A DNA stretch of 63,692 nucleotides, filler included, from Myxococcota bacterium (GCA_023150835.1; 3 parts of 3 records of this genome joined end to end with filler, not necessarily neighbours in it); one strand, 5' to 3'. Positions 40,522-51,170 are shown, counted from the first letter of the whole stretch. Notes: a model not told the origin generated them from the sequence alone. Translations and numbers: made by a program.

Positions 40522-43500
40522 ATGCAACGGTACCCCACACCGCCAACGCCCCCTTTGCGCGCTTTTTTGATAGGCATCGGTTTGTGTTTTTTGATCGGAT
40601 TTTTTGCGTTCGGCTTATCCGCGTGTGCCGATCCCAACGCTCCCAAGACATGCAGCGACAACGCCGAGTGCAGCGGCGAGCGCCGCTATTGCGTGGGGGG
40701 GGTGTGCCGCTTTTGTATCCAAGACCAAGATTGTGGGCAAGGCAAACGCTGCCAATCCAACGTCTGTATCGAAGCAACGACCGAGGCGGCAGGCGAATCC
40801 GCCCAAGAAGACGCAAGCGCCGAGGCTGATCCCACTGATTCTTCGGCAGAACAGACCCGCCCCGAAGAAGAAGCCGCCAACACCGAAGACAGCGGCCCGA
40901 CAGAAAGCATCGCCGAACAACCACCCTCCGACGAACCCAAAGGCCCCTCTTGCAAACCCGATCCAGATGATCTCACGGCTTGTTGCGCGCCCACACAAAG
41001 CAAGCTGTTGTGGCAGCCTCATCTGCTTTTTGGCGCACGCAATCCCCAAGTGCGCCTCGCCGTCCACCCCGCAGGAACCCATCTTGTGACGGTCGCAGAT
41101 GACGAACCCACGCTGCGGATCTGGCGCACCAACAACGGTGTCTTGGACAACGTGATCAACAACTTGAATGCCAGCCCGGGTTCGTGGTACGTCGCTTATG
41201 CGCCTGACGGAAAGACCCTTGCGACGGCGGATCGCGACTACAACGTCCGTCTGTTTGATACCACGACAGGCGCGCTCAAACACACCCTCACAGGCCACAC
41301 CAGTTTTGTGTACGGCGTGGCCTTTTCTCCCAATGGAAAGCTCCTTGCTTCCGCAGGTTCGTTTGATCGAACGATACGCATCTGGGATCTCGCCACCAAC
41401 AAACAACTCTTGAGCCTCGCTCATGCCAGTACAACCCGCGTGGTGCGCTTTTCTCCCGATAGCACGATGCTTGCGGCAGCGTCGGATGATCGGTTGATCA
41501 AGCTGTGGAATGTCGCGGACGGCAAACTGATCCGCGATATCACAGGACACACCAGCACGATCTGGGGCATTGACTTTTCTCCTGACGGAAAGCTCCTTGC
41601 ATCGGGTTCTTCGGATCTATCCGCACGCCTCTGGAACGTTGCTGACGGCAAGCTATCCAAAACGCTGACGGACTCGACGGGCCCCGTCTACGATCTCGCC
41701 TTCTCGAAAGACGGCAAGATGCTTGCGGTCTCTGGCGGAAGTCAGCGCGTGGTGCATCTTTACGACACCGCAACGTGGGCACGCACCAAGCAATTCACAG
41801 GATACGCTTCGGGCAACATCTTTTCGTTGGGCTTTTCGCCGAATGGAACGGCCCTTTACACCAGCGCAGACGATCGCACGATGCGTCATTACACCGTCGC
41901 CGACGCGATGACTTCTCGCGTGATCTACACCAACTCGGAGCGCCACGTTGAAGTCGCCACCAGTCCCAAAGGAAAGTGGATGGCCGCAGCCAGCGTCGTG
42001 CGCCAAGAAGTGCGGCTGTGGCAAGTCGGCCAGTACGATCAGCGCAAGTCCCTGAACGAACACCCTGCGGGCGTCGCAGCGTTGGCCTTTTCCCCCGATG
42101 AGGCGCTACTCGCAACAGGTGGAGAAGACGGCGCGATCCGCTTGTTTGGCACAGCCGACGGCAAAAAAACCCGAGAACTCGTCGGCCACAAGCTCCCCAC
42201 GCGTGCGATTGCTTTTTCACCAGACGGAAAAGCCCTTGTATCGGCATCTTGGGATCGAGATGTCCGCCTTTGGAATGTTGCGGACGGCAAGCTGATCCGC
42301 AACATCAGCGGTCAGCACCCTGCCGTGATCTCGGCAGTGAAGTTTTCACCTGACGGAAAGCTCCTTGCAACGGCCTGTGCCGATCACAATGTTCGCCTGT
42401 TCAATGCAGTAGATGGAACTCTTTTGCAAACGCTCACAGGCCACACACGTTGGGTGTTCGACCTCGCGTTTTCGCCCGACGGAACGCAGATGGCGTCGGT
42501 CTCCGAAGACGTCAGCATCCGCTTGTGGAAGATCCCAAGCGGCGAGTCGGCGCAAACATGGACGGGTCGGCATCTGAGCGTGATCCGCCGCGTGGATTTT
42601 TCCCCTGATGGGCAGCTACTGGTCACCAGCTCTTACGATCAATATGTCAAGCTGTTGCGCGCCAGCGATGGTGAGATCTTGCAGATGTATCGGGGTTTTA
42701 ATGGCTTCGTAAGCAGCGCGCACTTTAGTCCTGACGGACGCCGTATCGTGACGGGCGCTTGGGATGAAACCATCCGCATCTGGCAAGTTGAAACCAAAGG
42801 CCGCCTCTCTCGCACCCTTGATGGCCAGACCCAGATCGTCAGCCAAGTCATCCTCCATCCTCTCGGTCACACCGCCGTATCCACCACCGAAGTGGGTTTC
42901 GCTCTGATCTGGGATACCGCCACATGGCAAGTCCGCCACAAACTCGAAGGGCATGAAGGCGGTGTTTTTTCTTTGGCCTACTCTCCCGACGGAAAGACCC
43001 TTGCGACGGGCGACAACAAAGGCAATGTCTTTCTGTGGGATGCCGCCACAGCCAAAAAACAAAAAGAACTGAAAGGCCACACCAGCCGCGTCGCAGCCCT
43101 CGCCTTCTCACTCGATGGAAAGACCCTTGCATCGGGATCATGGGACACACATATCCGCCTCTGGTCGGTGACTGATGGCAAAGAAAAAAGCGTCGTGCGC
43201 GGACACGAAGGCTATGTGCTTTCGTTGGCGTTTGCGCCCAACGGAACGCACCTTGTATCGGGTTCTTATGACCGCTCGATCCGTGTGTGGGATCTCAACG
43301 ACAACAACAAAGAGATCCAAAAGCTGATCTCTCAAGGCGGTGGCATCACACAGATCGGCTTTTCCCCCAATGGGGCCTATCTTGCAAGCGCCGCCTACGA
43401 CTCCACAGTACGGATCTGGAATGGGGCCAATTACGCAGGTATCCGTACGCTTACAGGCCATGTACGCGCAGTCGCCAGTCTCGCTTTTTCTCCCGACAGC

Positions 43501-44589
43501 GAGATCCTCTACTCCGGAGCTTGGGACAAAACGATCCGCGCTTGGCGTGCCGCCGATGGACACCTCTTGCAAAACTTTGAAGGGCACACCCAAGGCGTCA
43601 TCAGCCTTGCGATCGCCCCTGACCACGCATGGATGCTCTCGGCAGGCGAAGACGCCAAGATCCATGTCTGGCAAGTCGGCCAAGATAGACTTATGGAAAC
43701 CCTTTATACCAGCCCGTTCGGAGTGCTCGGTCTTTCGGTGAGCCCCGATGATGCGTGGGTTGCAACAGGTGGCTATGATCGTGTACTCAAACTCTGGAAC
43801 AGCCAAACCACCGCAGCATACCGAACGTACAGCAGCCATGCTGCCGAGCTTTTGGATGTCACCGTGACAAGCGACGCGGCAACCGTCGCCTCAGGCTCCG
43901 AAGACAAGCGCGTGCGCTTGTGGAGGCGTTCCGACGGATCGCTGTTGCGACAGATCGGAACAGAACACGACGGCGGCGTCACCAGCGTGCGCTTTACCAA
44001 AGATGACAAGACCCTGCTGACCGCCTCACGCGACGGCAAGTTGCGCTTGTGGAACGTCGCCGATGGCAAGCTCACCAAGACCCTCGAAGGCCACACCGAC
44101 GAAGTCTTGCGTGCGATCTTTTCTCCAGATGATAGCCTGATCGCCTCTTCCGACCGCAAGGGCGAGATCTATGTCTGGAAAGTCGCCGATGGAAGCGTTG
44201 CTTACAAGATCACCGCCCACACCAAAGCTACACGCGATCTGACTTTTTCACGCGATGGCAACTTCCTCTTCTCGATCTCAGACGATCAAACGCTGCGGAT
44301 GTGGTGGGTGACTGACGGAAGGCCGCTGCTTACACGCAACCTATCGATCATACCAAACCGCCTGTGCATGGGCCCCAAAGATGCGTGGCTGGCTCTTTCC
44401 AACCAACAAGACGGCGTCGTCCAGTTGTGGAATCCTGAGACCATGCAGATCATCACGCGGCTCTCCACACAATCGCTTGCGCTGACGTCCCTTGCTTGTG
44501 GAAACAAGGCAACTATGCTGTTTGCAGCGAACCACAACGGCCTTGCTTTTGGCTGGACTTGCCCGATCCAAGCCCCGCCCAAGCCCTAA
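40522..44589 (+). CDS. Giant WD40-repeat lipoprotein (Cys-rich N-terminus, acidic linker, more than 20 WD40 repeats)
   Basis: Lipobox GLSAC; repeated GH...FSPDG..LASGS.D..IRLW; GAGG RBS before ATG 40522. Confidence 0.93.
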   Translation: MQRYPTPPTPPLRAFLIGIGLCFLIGFFAFGLSACADPNAPKTCSDNAECSGERRYCVGGVCRFCIQDQDCGQGKRCQSNVCIEATTEAAGESAQEDASAEADPTDSSAEQTRPEEEAANTEDSGPTESIAEQPPSDEPKGPSCKPDPDDLTACCAPTQSKLLWQPHLLFGARNPQVRLAVHPAGTHLVTVADDEPTLRIWRTNNGVLDNVINNLNASPGSWYVAYAPDGKTLATADRDYNVRLFDTTTGALKHTLTGHTSFVYGVAFSPNGKLLASAGSFDRTIRIWDLATNKQLLSLAHASTTRVVRFSPDSTMLAAASDDRLIKLWNVADGKLIRDITGHTSTIWGIDFSPDGKLLASGSSDLSARLWNVADGKLSKTLTDSTGPVYDLAFSKDGKMLAVSGGSQRVVHLYDTATWARTKQFTGYASGNIFSLGFSPNGTALYTSADDRTMRHYTVADAMTSRVIYTNSERHVEVATSPKGKWMAAASVVRQEVRLWQVGQYDQRKSLNEHPAGVAALAFSPDEALLATGGEDGAIRLFGTADGKKTRELVGHKLPTRAIAFSPDGKALVSASWDRDVRLWNVADGKLIRNISGQHPAVISAVKFSPDGKLLATACADHNVRLFNAVDGTLLQTLTGHTRWVFDLAFSPDGTQMASVSEDVSIRLWKIPSGESAQTWTGRHLSVIRRVDFSPDGQLLVTSSYDQYVKLLRASDGEILQMYRGFNGFVSSAHFSPDGRRIVTGAWDETIRIWQVETKGRLSRTLDGQTQIVSQVILHPLGHTAVSTTEVGFALIWDTATWQVRHKLEGHEGGVFSLAYSPDGKTLATGDNKGNVFLWDAATAKKQKELKGHTSRVAALAFSLDGKTLASGSWDTHIRLWSVTDGKEKSVVRGHEGYVLSLAFAPNGTHLVSGSYDRSIRVWDLNDNNKEIQKLISQGGGITQIGFSPNGAYLASAAYDSTVRIWNGANYAGIRTLTGHVRAVASLAFSPDSEILYSGAWDKTIRAWRAADGHLLQNFEGHTQGVISLAIAPDHAWMLSAGEDAKIHVWQVGQDRLMETLYTSPFGVLGLSVSPDDAWVATGGYDRVLKLWNSQTTAAYRTYSSHAAELLDVTVTSDAATVASGSEDKRVRLWRRSDGSLLRQIGTEHDGGVTSVRFTKDDKTLLTASRDGKLRLWNVADGKLTKTLEGHTDEVLRAIFSPDDSLIASSDRKGEIYVWKVADGSVAYKITAHTKATRDLTFSRDGNFLFSISDDQTLRMWWVTDGRPLLTRNLSIIPNRLCMGPKDAWLALSNQQDGVVQLWNPETMQIITRLSTQSLALTSLACGNKATMLFAANHNGLAFGWTCPIQAPPKP

Positions 44590-44653
44590 TCTCTAAGCTT
44601 TCCCCCCACACCGCACACTCCCCCAAAGCTCACCCGCGCCAAGGAGTCCGATT

Positions 44654-46969
44654 ATGCGCACGAAGATCCTACTTCTCGCCTTTGCTCTGTTGCTCGGTTT
44701 GTTCACGTTGTTTCAACAGCTCGCTGCTTCACGAGATCAAGCGCCTTCCGTCTTGGCTGCGCTTGATACTGCACCGCTCCCCTCCACCGCGCAGTGGTCC
44801 ATCGGACCTTTTCGCATCCAATGGCTCGCACCTTCCCCACAAGAAGCGCAGCTTTTGATTCGCCATCACGATGTACCCCATCTCTTGTGGTCGAGCGCCC
44901 CCGGGAAAAGCTTTCTTGCCGCAGGCATCGGAAAAGAACAAGTCCACGAAAGTCGTGGATCGTTCTTGATCCAAGACCAATTGTTGCTGCGCTGTGAACA
45001 ACAAAGCATCACCGCCTTTCATGCCACCCCCCACAGCCTCACTTTGTACGGACGACTGACCTGTCCAAAGGCTCCACACGGCCCGACCCACGCCCCTTAT
45101 CAGATGCGCTTCCAAACCCAAGGCACGCAACGCCTGACTTTTTCTTATACCGTCCAAGATCCCCGATTTAACCGCGCCTTTCTGCTGTATCAATCCTCCG
45201 CAGAGGAACGCTTCTTTGGTTTTGGCGAACAGTTCACCCACGTTGAGATGAAAGGTCGAAAGCTGCCGATCTTTGTGATGGAACAAGGCATCGGACGAGG
45301 CGTACAGCCGCTGAGCACAGCCGCCAATCTTCTCGCAGGGAAGGGCGTTTCTGGCGACTGGCACACTTCGTACGCAGGTGTCCCGCATTACGTCACTTCC
45401 AAGATGCGCTCGCTCTACCTCCTCAACAACGAATACAGCACCTTTGATATGCGACCCGAAGAACACGTCGAGATCAGCTTGTTTTCTCGCCAGATCGAAG
45501 GCGCGCTGCTCGCAGGTCACGATCCGCTTGAGTTGATCGGCTTGTACACCGAATACGCCGGGCGGATGCGCCCTCTGCCCGAATGGATCCATCAAGGCGC
45601 GATCATCGGGATGCAAGGCGGCACACAAGCCGTCCGAAAAACCCTCGAAGACCTCAAACGACACAACACCCCCGTCTCGGCCTTTTGGCTGCAAGACTGG
45701 GTCGGTCAACGCAAGACCAGTTTTGGCAAGCAGCTTTGGTGGAACTGGGAACTGGATCGCGACCGTTATCCGCAATGGGAAGCGCTTGTCGCCGAACTCA
45801 AGCAATACGGCGCACGCGTGATGACCTACATCAATCCTTTTCTCGTCGATATGCGCCACAGCGATATCGCCAAAAACAACAAACGCTTTCAACGCAATCT
45901 CTTCAAAGAAGCCGAAGCAGCGGGCTACTTGATCCGCGATCATCACAACAAGCCTTACCTGATCCCCAACACCAGCTTTTCTGCGGGCCTCGTCGATCTG
46001 AGCCACCCCAAAGCCCGAAGCTGGATCAAAGAAGTGATCAAAACCCAGATGCTCCGCATCGGTTCCTCGGGCTGGATGGCGGACTTTGGCGAAGCCCTCC
46101 CCTACGATGCCCGACTCTACACCCAAGAAACCCCCAGCACCTACCACAACCGCTATCCCGAAGAATGGGCGCAAGTCAATCGCGAAGCCATCCAAGAAGC
46201 CGGTCGCAGCGACGACATCGTCTTCTTTACCCGCGCAGGCTACACCCGCAGTCCCCGCTTTTCGACGCTGTTTTGGCTCGGCGATCAACTCGTCACGTGG
46301 GATATCCAAGACGGTCTCAAAACCGCGATCAGCGGCCTATTGTCGGGCGGATTTTCGGGCTACAGCCTCAACCACAGCGATATCGGCGGATACACCACCA
46401 TCACCAACCCCATCCGAAACTACCACCGCTCCAAAGAATTGATGTTGCGTTGGATCGAACTCAACGCCTTTACCGCGATCTTCCGCACACACGAAGGCAA
46501 TCAGCCCGAGAAAAATCACCAGTTCAACAGCGATCCTGAAACGCTTCGACACTTTAGCCGTTTCGCCAAGATCTACAAAGCGTGGAACTTTTATCGGAGT
46601 CTGCTTGTGATGGAAGCCTCCACTCGCGGCTGGCCGATCGTCCGCCATCTCTTCTTGCATTATCCGCACGATCCCAATACACAACGCCTCGAATTCCTCC
46701 AATTCCTGATCGGCTCCGAGATCTTGGTGGCCCCTGTCAGCGACCCCGGAGTCCAAACCAAAGACGTGTATCTTCCGCAAGGTCAATGGGTTCACTTGTG
46801 GACAGGCCGCATCTACGGGCATCCCCACCAAGGCCGCTGGCTACGCATCCACGCTCCGCTCGGCTCTCCCCCCGTCTTCTACAAACGCGGCAGCAGCATC
46901 GGCGAACGCTTCTACCGACTCTTGCTCGAACAAGGTCTCCTCGAATCCACCCACCACGCGAAGCCTTGA
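44654..46969 (+). CDS. GH31 alpha-glycosidase, YihQ/sulfoquinovosidase-like subfamily, N-terminally anchored or secreted
   Basis: GFGEQF, WLQDW..TSFGKQLWWNW, nucleophile WMADFGE, acid/base WLGDQ, HSDIGGY, RTHEGN; AAGGAG RBS. Confidence 0.93.
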   Translation: MRTKILLLAFALLLGLFTLFQQLAASRDQAPSVLAALDTAPLPSTAQWSIGPFRIQWLAPSPQEAQLLIRHHDVPHLLWSSAPGKSFLAAGIGKEQVHESRGSFLIQDQLLLRCEQQSITAFHATPHSLTLYGRLTCPKAPHGPTHAPYQMRFQTQGTQRLTFSYTVQDPRFNRAFLLYQSSAEERFFGFGEQFTHVEMKGRKLPIFVMEQGIGRGVQPLSTAANLLAGKGVSGDWHTSYAGVPHYVTSKMRSLYLLNNEYSTFDMRPEEHVEISLFSRQIEGALLAGHDPLELIGLYTEYAGRMRPLPEWIHQGAIIGMQGGTQAVRKTLEDLKRHNTPVSAFWLQDWVGQRKTSFGKQLWWNWELDRDRYPQWEALVAELKQYGARVMTYINPFLVDMRHSDIAKNNKRFQRNLFKEAEAAGYLIRDHHNKPYLIPNTSFSAGLVDLSHPKARSWIKEVIKTQMLRIGSSGWMADFGEALPYDARLYTQETPSTYHNRYPEEWAQVNREAIQEAGRSDDIVFFTRAGYTRSPRFSTLFWLGDQLVTWDIQDGLKTAISGLLSGGFSGYSLNHSDIGGYTTITNPIRNYHRSKELMLRWIELNAFTAIFRTHEGNQPEKNHQFNSDPETLRHFSRFAKIYKAWNFYRSLLVMEASTRGWPIVRHLFLHYPHDPNTQRLEFLQFLIGSEILVAPVSDPGVQTKDVYLPQGQWVHLWTGRIYGHPHQGRWLRIHAPLGSPPVFYKRGSSIGERFYRLLLEQGLLESTHHAKP

Positions 46970-47032
46970 CACGCCACAAACGACAAGTTATCTGTAGAAA
47001 GGATATAAAAAAGGTATATAAAAGGAAATAAA

Positions 47033-47311
47033 ATGTATGCGTGGGATGAACAAAAGCGTCGAACCGTGCGAGCGAAAAGGGCAATTGATTTAGCGTGGAT
47101 TCGCGAAGTTTGCGAGCATCCATACGTGGAAGATCAAAAAAGTGACGACCCCGAACAATTTCGCATCGTCGGAAAGTACCAAGACCAACACATCACGTTT
47201 ATCGTCGAATATTCGGAAGACGAACTTGGCGAACTGATCTGGGTGGTCACGGCTTGGCACTCAACCGCCTCGGAGAAAAAGTGTTATGAAGACGAGATCG
47301 AGAGAGCATAA
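47033..47311 (+). CDS. brnT: BrnT-like toxin
   Basis: N-terminal xWDxxK and C-terminal IWVVTAW..TxxEKxxY pattern; overlaps an antitoxin-like gene. Confidence 0.7.
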   Translation: MYAWDEQKRRTVRAKRAIDLAWIREVCEHPYVEDQKSDDPEQFRIVGKYQDQHITFIVEYSEDELGELIWVVTAWHSTASEKKCYEDEIERA

Positions 47312-47561
47312 AAAAGCGCAAGACGAAGCATTGGAAGCGCTCGCCGAAAAAGCAGAACTCGGTGAAGACGTCAATTCGGAATTCACAGGAAAACGCGTCG
47401 CCAAACAACGCATCAACGTAGACTTTCCCTACGAGATGCTTTTGGAGATCGACGCAGAGTGTCGGAGACTTGGTGTGACCCGACAAGGGTGGATTAAAAT
47501 GGTTTGCGACGACCGCCTGCGCGAAAGTGCCATTGGATGGGCGAAAAGAAAAGCTGTCTAA
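47286..47561 (+). CDS. CopG/RHH-type (BrnA-like) antitoxin
   Basis: QRINVDFP..ML.EID.E..RLGVTRQ.WIK ribbon-helix-helix pattern; 26-bp overlap with the toxin gene. Confidence 0.8.
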   Translation: MKTRSREHKKAQDEALEALAEKAELGEDVNSEFTGKRVAKQRINVDFPYEMLLEIDAECRRLGVTRQGWIKMVCDDRLRESAIGWAKRKAV

Positions 47562-47574
47562 GAGTATTCGCGAG

Positions 47575-49260
47575 TTAACCACGCGCAGCGTACCAAAAGA
47601 TCGCAGGAAGTTTTTGAAAGCTCGGCTCGAACTCAAACGCAGCGATGCGTTCGCCGACCTTGTGGGCGAGGCGATGGGTCACAAACCACGGGGGTTTCGG
47701 GAAGACTGTAAAGGCACCACGGATCACGCTTTTTTGAGGCTTCTCGAACATCAGGATATTGTGAACCACACCGATACCGCTTTGGATATCCTCGTAGGTA
47801 TGGCCGGGATACGCGCCCCACGTGGTGTTTCCAAGACCATAACTCAAAGCAGGCCAGTGATTGATCCCGATGCTGCCGTAGCGTAGGGCGGCGATGGCGT
47901 CCTCAAACGCTTTCGTACCGATCTGGCGCTCGGTGCGTGGATGGATCAACACACAAGCATTCAAGGTTCCGTGCAAGGTCTCATTGGCCCATGCGACGGC
48001 CTTTTGCAAAAAGTCGGTGGCGTTGGCGGCAGGTAAAGGAACTTCACCCGTCACAGAGCAAAAAGATTCTTCGCGAAAACGCAAGTTGCTTTTGTCTTTC
48101 CAATCCAATTGGGGCAACAGCGTGAAGGGAACGGTTTCTGCGTTGAGAGGGCCAAAGGCTTCGATCTGTTCGACGCCTTTGGTGAATTGTTTGTAGCGAT
48201 CTTGTGCGCCCGGATAATAGGCTTTCCGAGAGGGAAGATCACGCAAGACACCGCGCAGCTTGTTGAGGAACGCTTCGCGTTGATCCCACGCTGCATGCGT
48301 GATCAACACCTTGGCGGCGTTGCAATTGAAGCCCGAGTTTTGTGTCATCTGTGTAGCGACGTTTTCTGCATGGAATTGGAGTTCCGCATCGCTCCACACA
48401 CCCGGGACAACGATCACGGGGCTGACGTTTCCAAGCTCGCTGGTGATGGTCTTGTCGAGCAGGCGCTCGCCTTTGCGCTTGCGCTGTGCGCCCTCTTCGC
48501 CCGAACCAAAGACGATCATGTCGTGGGTCTTGTCGCTGCCTGTGATATGGATCTCCGCAACCACCTCGTGTTTGCACAGATACGCCCCCACATCGCCCCC
48601 ACCGTACATAAAACGCAAGAAGCCTTCTTTTACCAACGGTGCAAAGGCTCTCTCCAAGCTCGGTCCAAGGTAATCGTTGACGGGATTGAACTTGAGTGCG
48701 CAGACCTTGCCTTCCACAAACATCTTGTAGACAGCGTCCAAAGGCGCGATGCTTGCGACGTTTCCAGCCCCCAAGATCAAAGCCACTTCGCCCTTGGGTT
48801 CGCGTTCTTTGTAAAACGTCGCCATCCCCTGCACCAGCGTATCCTTGGTGACTTCGGGCTGCATCCAGATCTCTGCCGAAAATCCGTTGTACATGATCTT
48901 GTCGAACACCGTTTCGGGGAAAACCTGCACAACCACTTGCCCGTCTGGGCGCGTCCGAACCTTCGATGTATCGAGATAAGGCCGCCCCGCATCCGCCACT
49001 TGCTCCAACGAACGCTGCAACAAACGCAAGTTGCGCATAATGATCACAGGCCCACCCATCCACTCATCCGCGCTTTGCGGTGAATCCTTCGGCAGTCCCT
49101 TCGCGATCAACGCTCGCTCCACTTGCTCGTGCATCACGCCCGCAAAGCCCTTTCGCACTTCTTCAAGCAGCTTGATCTTTTCGCGCACAGGCAGCCGCGC
49201 CCAACGTGTCTTGTTTTCATCCAGAACTTTTAGATCATGATCCAAGCGTTTTGTATCCAT
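47575..49260 (-). CDS. Aldehyde dehydrogenase family protein
   Basis: LILGAGN, HITGS, catalytic SELGNVSP and FNCNAAK, EESF, YGSIGIN. Confidence 0.92.
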   Translation of the reverse strand: MDTKRLDHDLKVLDENKTRWARLPVREKIKLLEEVRKGFAGVMHEQVERALIAKGLPKDSPQSADEWMGGPVIIMRNLRLLQRSLEQVADAGRPYLDTSKVRTRPDGQVVVQVFPETVFDKIMYNGFSAEIWMQPEVTKDTLVQGMATFYKEREPKGEVALILGAGNVASIAPLDAVYKMFVEGKVCALKFNPVNDYLGPSLERAFAPLVKEGFLRFMYGGGDVGAYLCKHEVVAEIHITGSDKTHDMIVFGSGEEGAQRKRKGERLLDKTITSELGNVSPVIVVPGVWSDAELQFHAENVATQMTQNSGFNCNAAKVLITHAAWDQREAFLNKLRGVLRDLPSRKAYYPGAQDRYKQFTKGVEQIEAFGPLNAETVPFTLLPQLDWKDKSNLRFREESFCSVTGEVPLPAANATDFLQKAVAWANETLHGTLNACVLIHPRTERQIGTKAFEDAIAALRYGSIGINHWPALSYGLGNTTWGAYPGHTYEDIQSGIGVVHNILMFEKPQKSVIRGAFTVFPKPPWFVTHRLAHKVGERIAAFEFEPSFQKLPAIFWYAARG

Positions 49261-49612
49261 CTTTTCGTCTCCCTACACAGCCCGCGCCAACAACACGACG
49301 CCTCGCCGTACCAACAAAATGAACGCACTTTCAGCGCAGGAGCTATACCACGCCCCTCGACCCCAAGCAAGACGCTTTGGCTCACCTCACCCCACAGCCA
49401 CGACTGTCACACAAAATCCATCCCCAACGCGCAACCTTTTTCGATCTCTTGTCATCTCATAGCCCGAACACAGACCGCAGGAGCTTTCCTCGCTGCTGTC
49501 GAGCCTTTCCTTGACGAACCAAAGATCGTCGTTAACCTTCGATCGCTTTCGTCACCCCATCGCGTCCGCTGTGATCGCAGCGACGCCCACGAACACAAGC
49601 AAGGAGCCTCTC

Positions 49613-50137
49613 ATGCTACAAGTCGGAAAACCCGCCCCTCACTTCAAAGGTCAAGCCCTCGTCGGACGCGAATTCAAAGATATCAACCTCGATGCCCTCA
49701 AAGGAAAATGGGTGGTCTTGTTCTTCTATCCGATGGACTTCACCTTCGTTTGCCCGACCGAACTGGTCGCCTTTAACAACGCCGTCGCAGACTTCGAAGA
49801 TCGCAATGCCCTCGTGATCTCCGCCTCCACCGACACCGTCTTTAGCCACCTTGGCTGGGTCAAAGCAGATGAACGCCTCGCCAGCCTCAAATACCCCATC
49901 CTTGGCGATGTCACCAAAAAGATCTCCCAAGATTACGGTGTCCTGACCGATGAAGGCATCGCCTTGCGCGGTACCTTTATTATCGACAACGCTGGAATCC
50001 TCCGCTGGGCCGCTCAATACGACCTCAATGTCGGTCGCAATATCGAAGAAACACTCCGCGTCCTTGACGCCCTTCAAACCGACGAACTCTGCCCTTGCAA
50101 CTGGGAAAAAGGCCAAGACACGATCAAAGCAGGCTGA
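49613..50137 (+). CDS. ahpC: 2-Cys peroxiredoxin AhpC
   Basis: FFYPMDFTFVCPTE, LRGTFIID, VGRN, DELCPCNW; AAGGAG RBS. Confidence 0.96.
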   Translation: MLQVGKPAPHFKGQALVGREFKDINLDALKGKWVVLFFYPMDFTFVCPTELVAFNNAVADFEDRNALVISASTDTVFSHLGWVKADERLASLKYPILGDVTKKISQDYGVLTDEGIALRGTFIIDNAGILRWAAQYDLNVGRNIEETLRVLDALQTDELCPCNWEKGQDTIKAG

Positions 50138-50201
50138 CACGCTGTCCATCCCATCCTGTACGGGCGAAGACCCTTGCATCCGAAATGGAAAGGAGACGTG
50201 T

Positions 50202-50822
50202 ATGTCTGTACTCCCTCCGACCTCATCTGCCGAAGCATCCGAGCGCGCCAACAAAGCCATCGAACGCTTTCAAGAAAAAATGGGTAGCCCTGCTCCCGCA
50301 TTTTTGCACGCGATGCTTGGCTCTGAGTCGATGATCCACGACACCTTTATGAACCTTGACACCCTTCTCAACAAAGGAAAGCTCGCCAACGATGCCAAGG
50401 CTCTTATGGGCTTTGCGGCAGCAACCACCGCTCGCAACCAAGACGTCGCACGCTGGTTTGCCGAGATGTCCCGAAAACACGGTCGAAGCGATGCCGATCT
50501 TCACGAAGTCCTCGCCGTGGTCGCCACCTGCACATCGTACAATCAACTCTATAAGTTCCGTTATTTGTCCCAAGATCCGACCTTTGCGCAGATGCGACCC
50601 GGACTTCGCGCCACCCCCTTCGTCAACTCCACCCTCAGCAAGGATATCGTCGAACTCCTTTGTGTCGGCGTCTCCACGATCAACGGATGTCAAAGCTGCG
50701 TGTCAGGACACGTCCAAGCCGCCCTTCAAGCCGGCCTGACGCACGAGATGATCGAAGATGCTGTACGCATCACCGCCGCCACCGCTGGTATCTGCGCTTG
50801 GAGCGCAAACACCCTCGGCTAA
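50202..50822 (+). CDS. ahpD: AhpD-like alkylhydroperoxidase (CMD fold)
   Basis: ELLCVGVSTINGCQSCVSGH (CxxC-H); directly follows ahpC; AAGGAG RBS. Confidence 0.88.
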   Translation: MSVLPPTSSAEASERANKAIERFQEKMGSPAPAFLHAMLGSESMIHDTFMNLDTLLNKGKLANDAKALMGFAAATTARNQDVARWFAEMSRKHGRSDADLHEVLAVVATCTSYNQLYKFRYLSQDPTFAQMRPGLRATPFVNSTLSKDIVELLCVGVSTINGCQSCVSGHVQAALQAGLTHEMIEDAVRITAATAGICAWSANTLG

Positions 50823-51055
50823 TACGCTATCCGAGCGATGCGTACACAAAGAAAAGTACGTATACGCCCTGTAATCGGGCAGCCCCCTGTTGCACTTGGA
50901 CCAACTCATGCCATTCGTTTGCGATCATCATTCCTACAATATCCGTCAAAAGCGTATCCAAAAGTGTCGATGCGATTTGTTGTAAACGCCCTGTGATTGG
51001 GCAGCCACACCTGTCTGCCCCTACTTTTTCACGTACTTCACGGACGGAACTCGTA
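50823..51055. repeat. Family A element (composite) near contig end
   Basis: TACGCTATCCG start, two ACGCCCTGT..GGGCAGCC arms, CTGCCCCTAC, CGGAACTCGTA end. Confidence 0.75.
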
Positions 51056-51070
51056 GAAACTGTTTGCTTT

Positions 51071-51170
51071 NNNNNNNNNNNNNNNNNNNNNNNNNNNNNN
51101 NNNNNNNNNNNNNNTTAATTAATTAANNNNNNNNNNNNNNNNNNNNNNNNNNNNNNNNNNNNNNNNNNNN
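51071..51170. other. Artificial contig spacer (N44-TTAATTAATTAA-N44)
   Basis: Identical to 25493-25592. Confidence 0.97.

Noticed and set aside
49500-49612. OxyR box upstream of ahpC
   Set aside because: ATCG/CGAT tetramers are present but not at the expected spacing.
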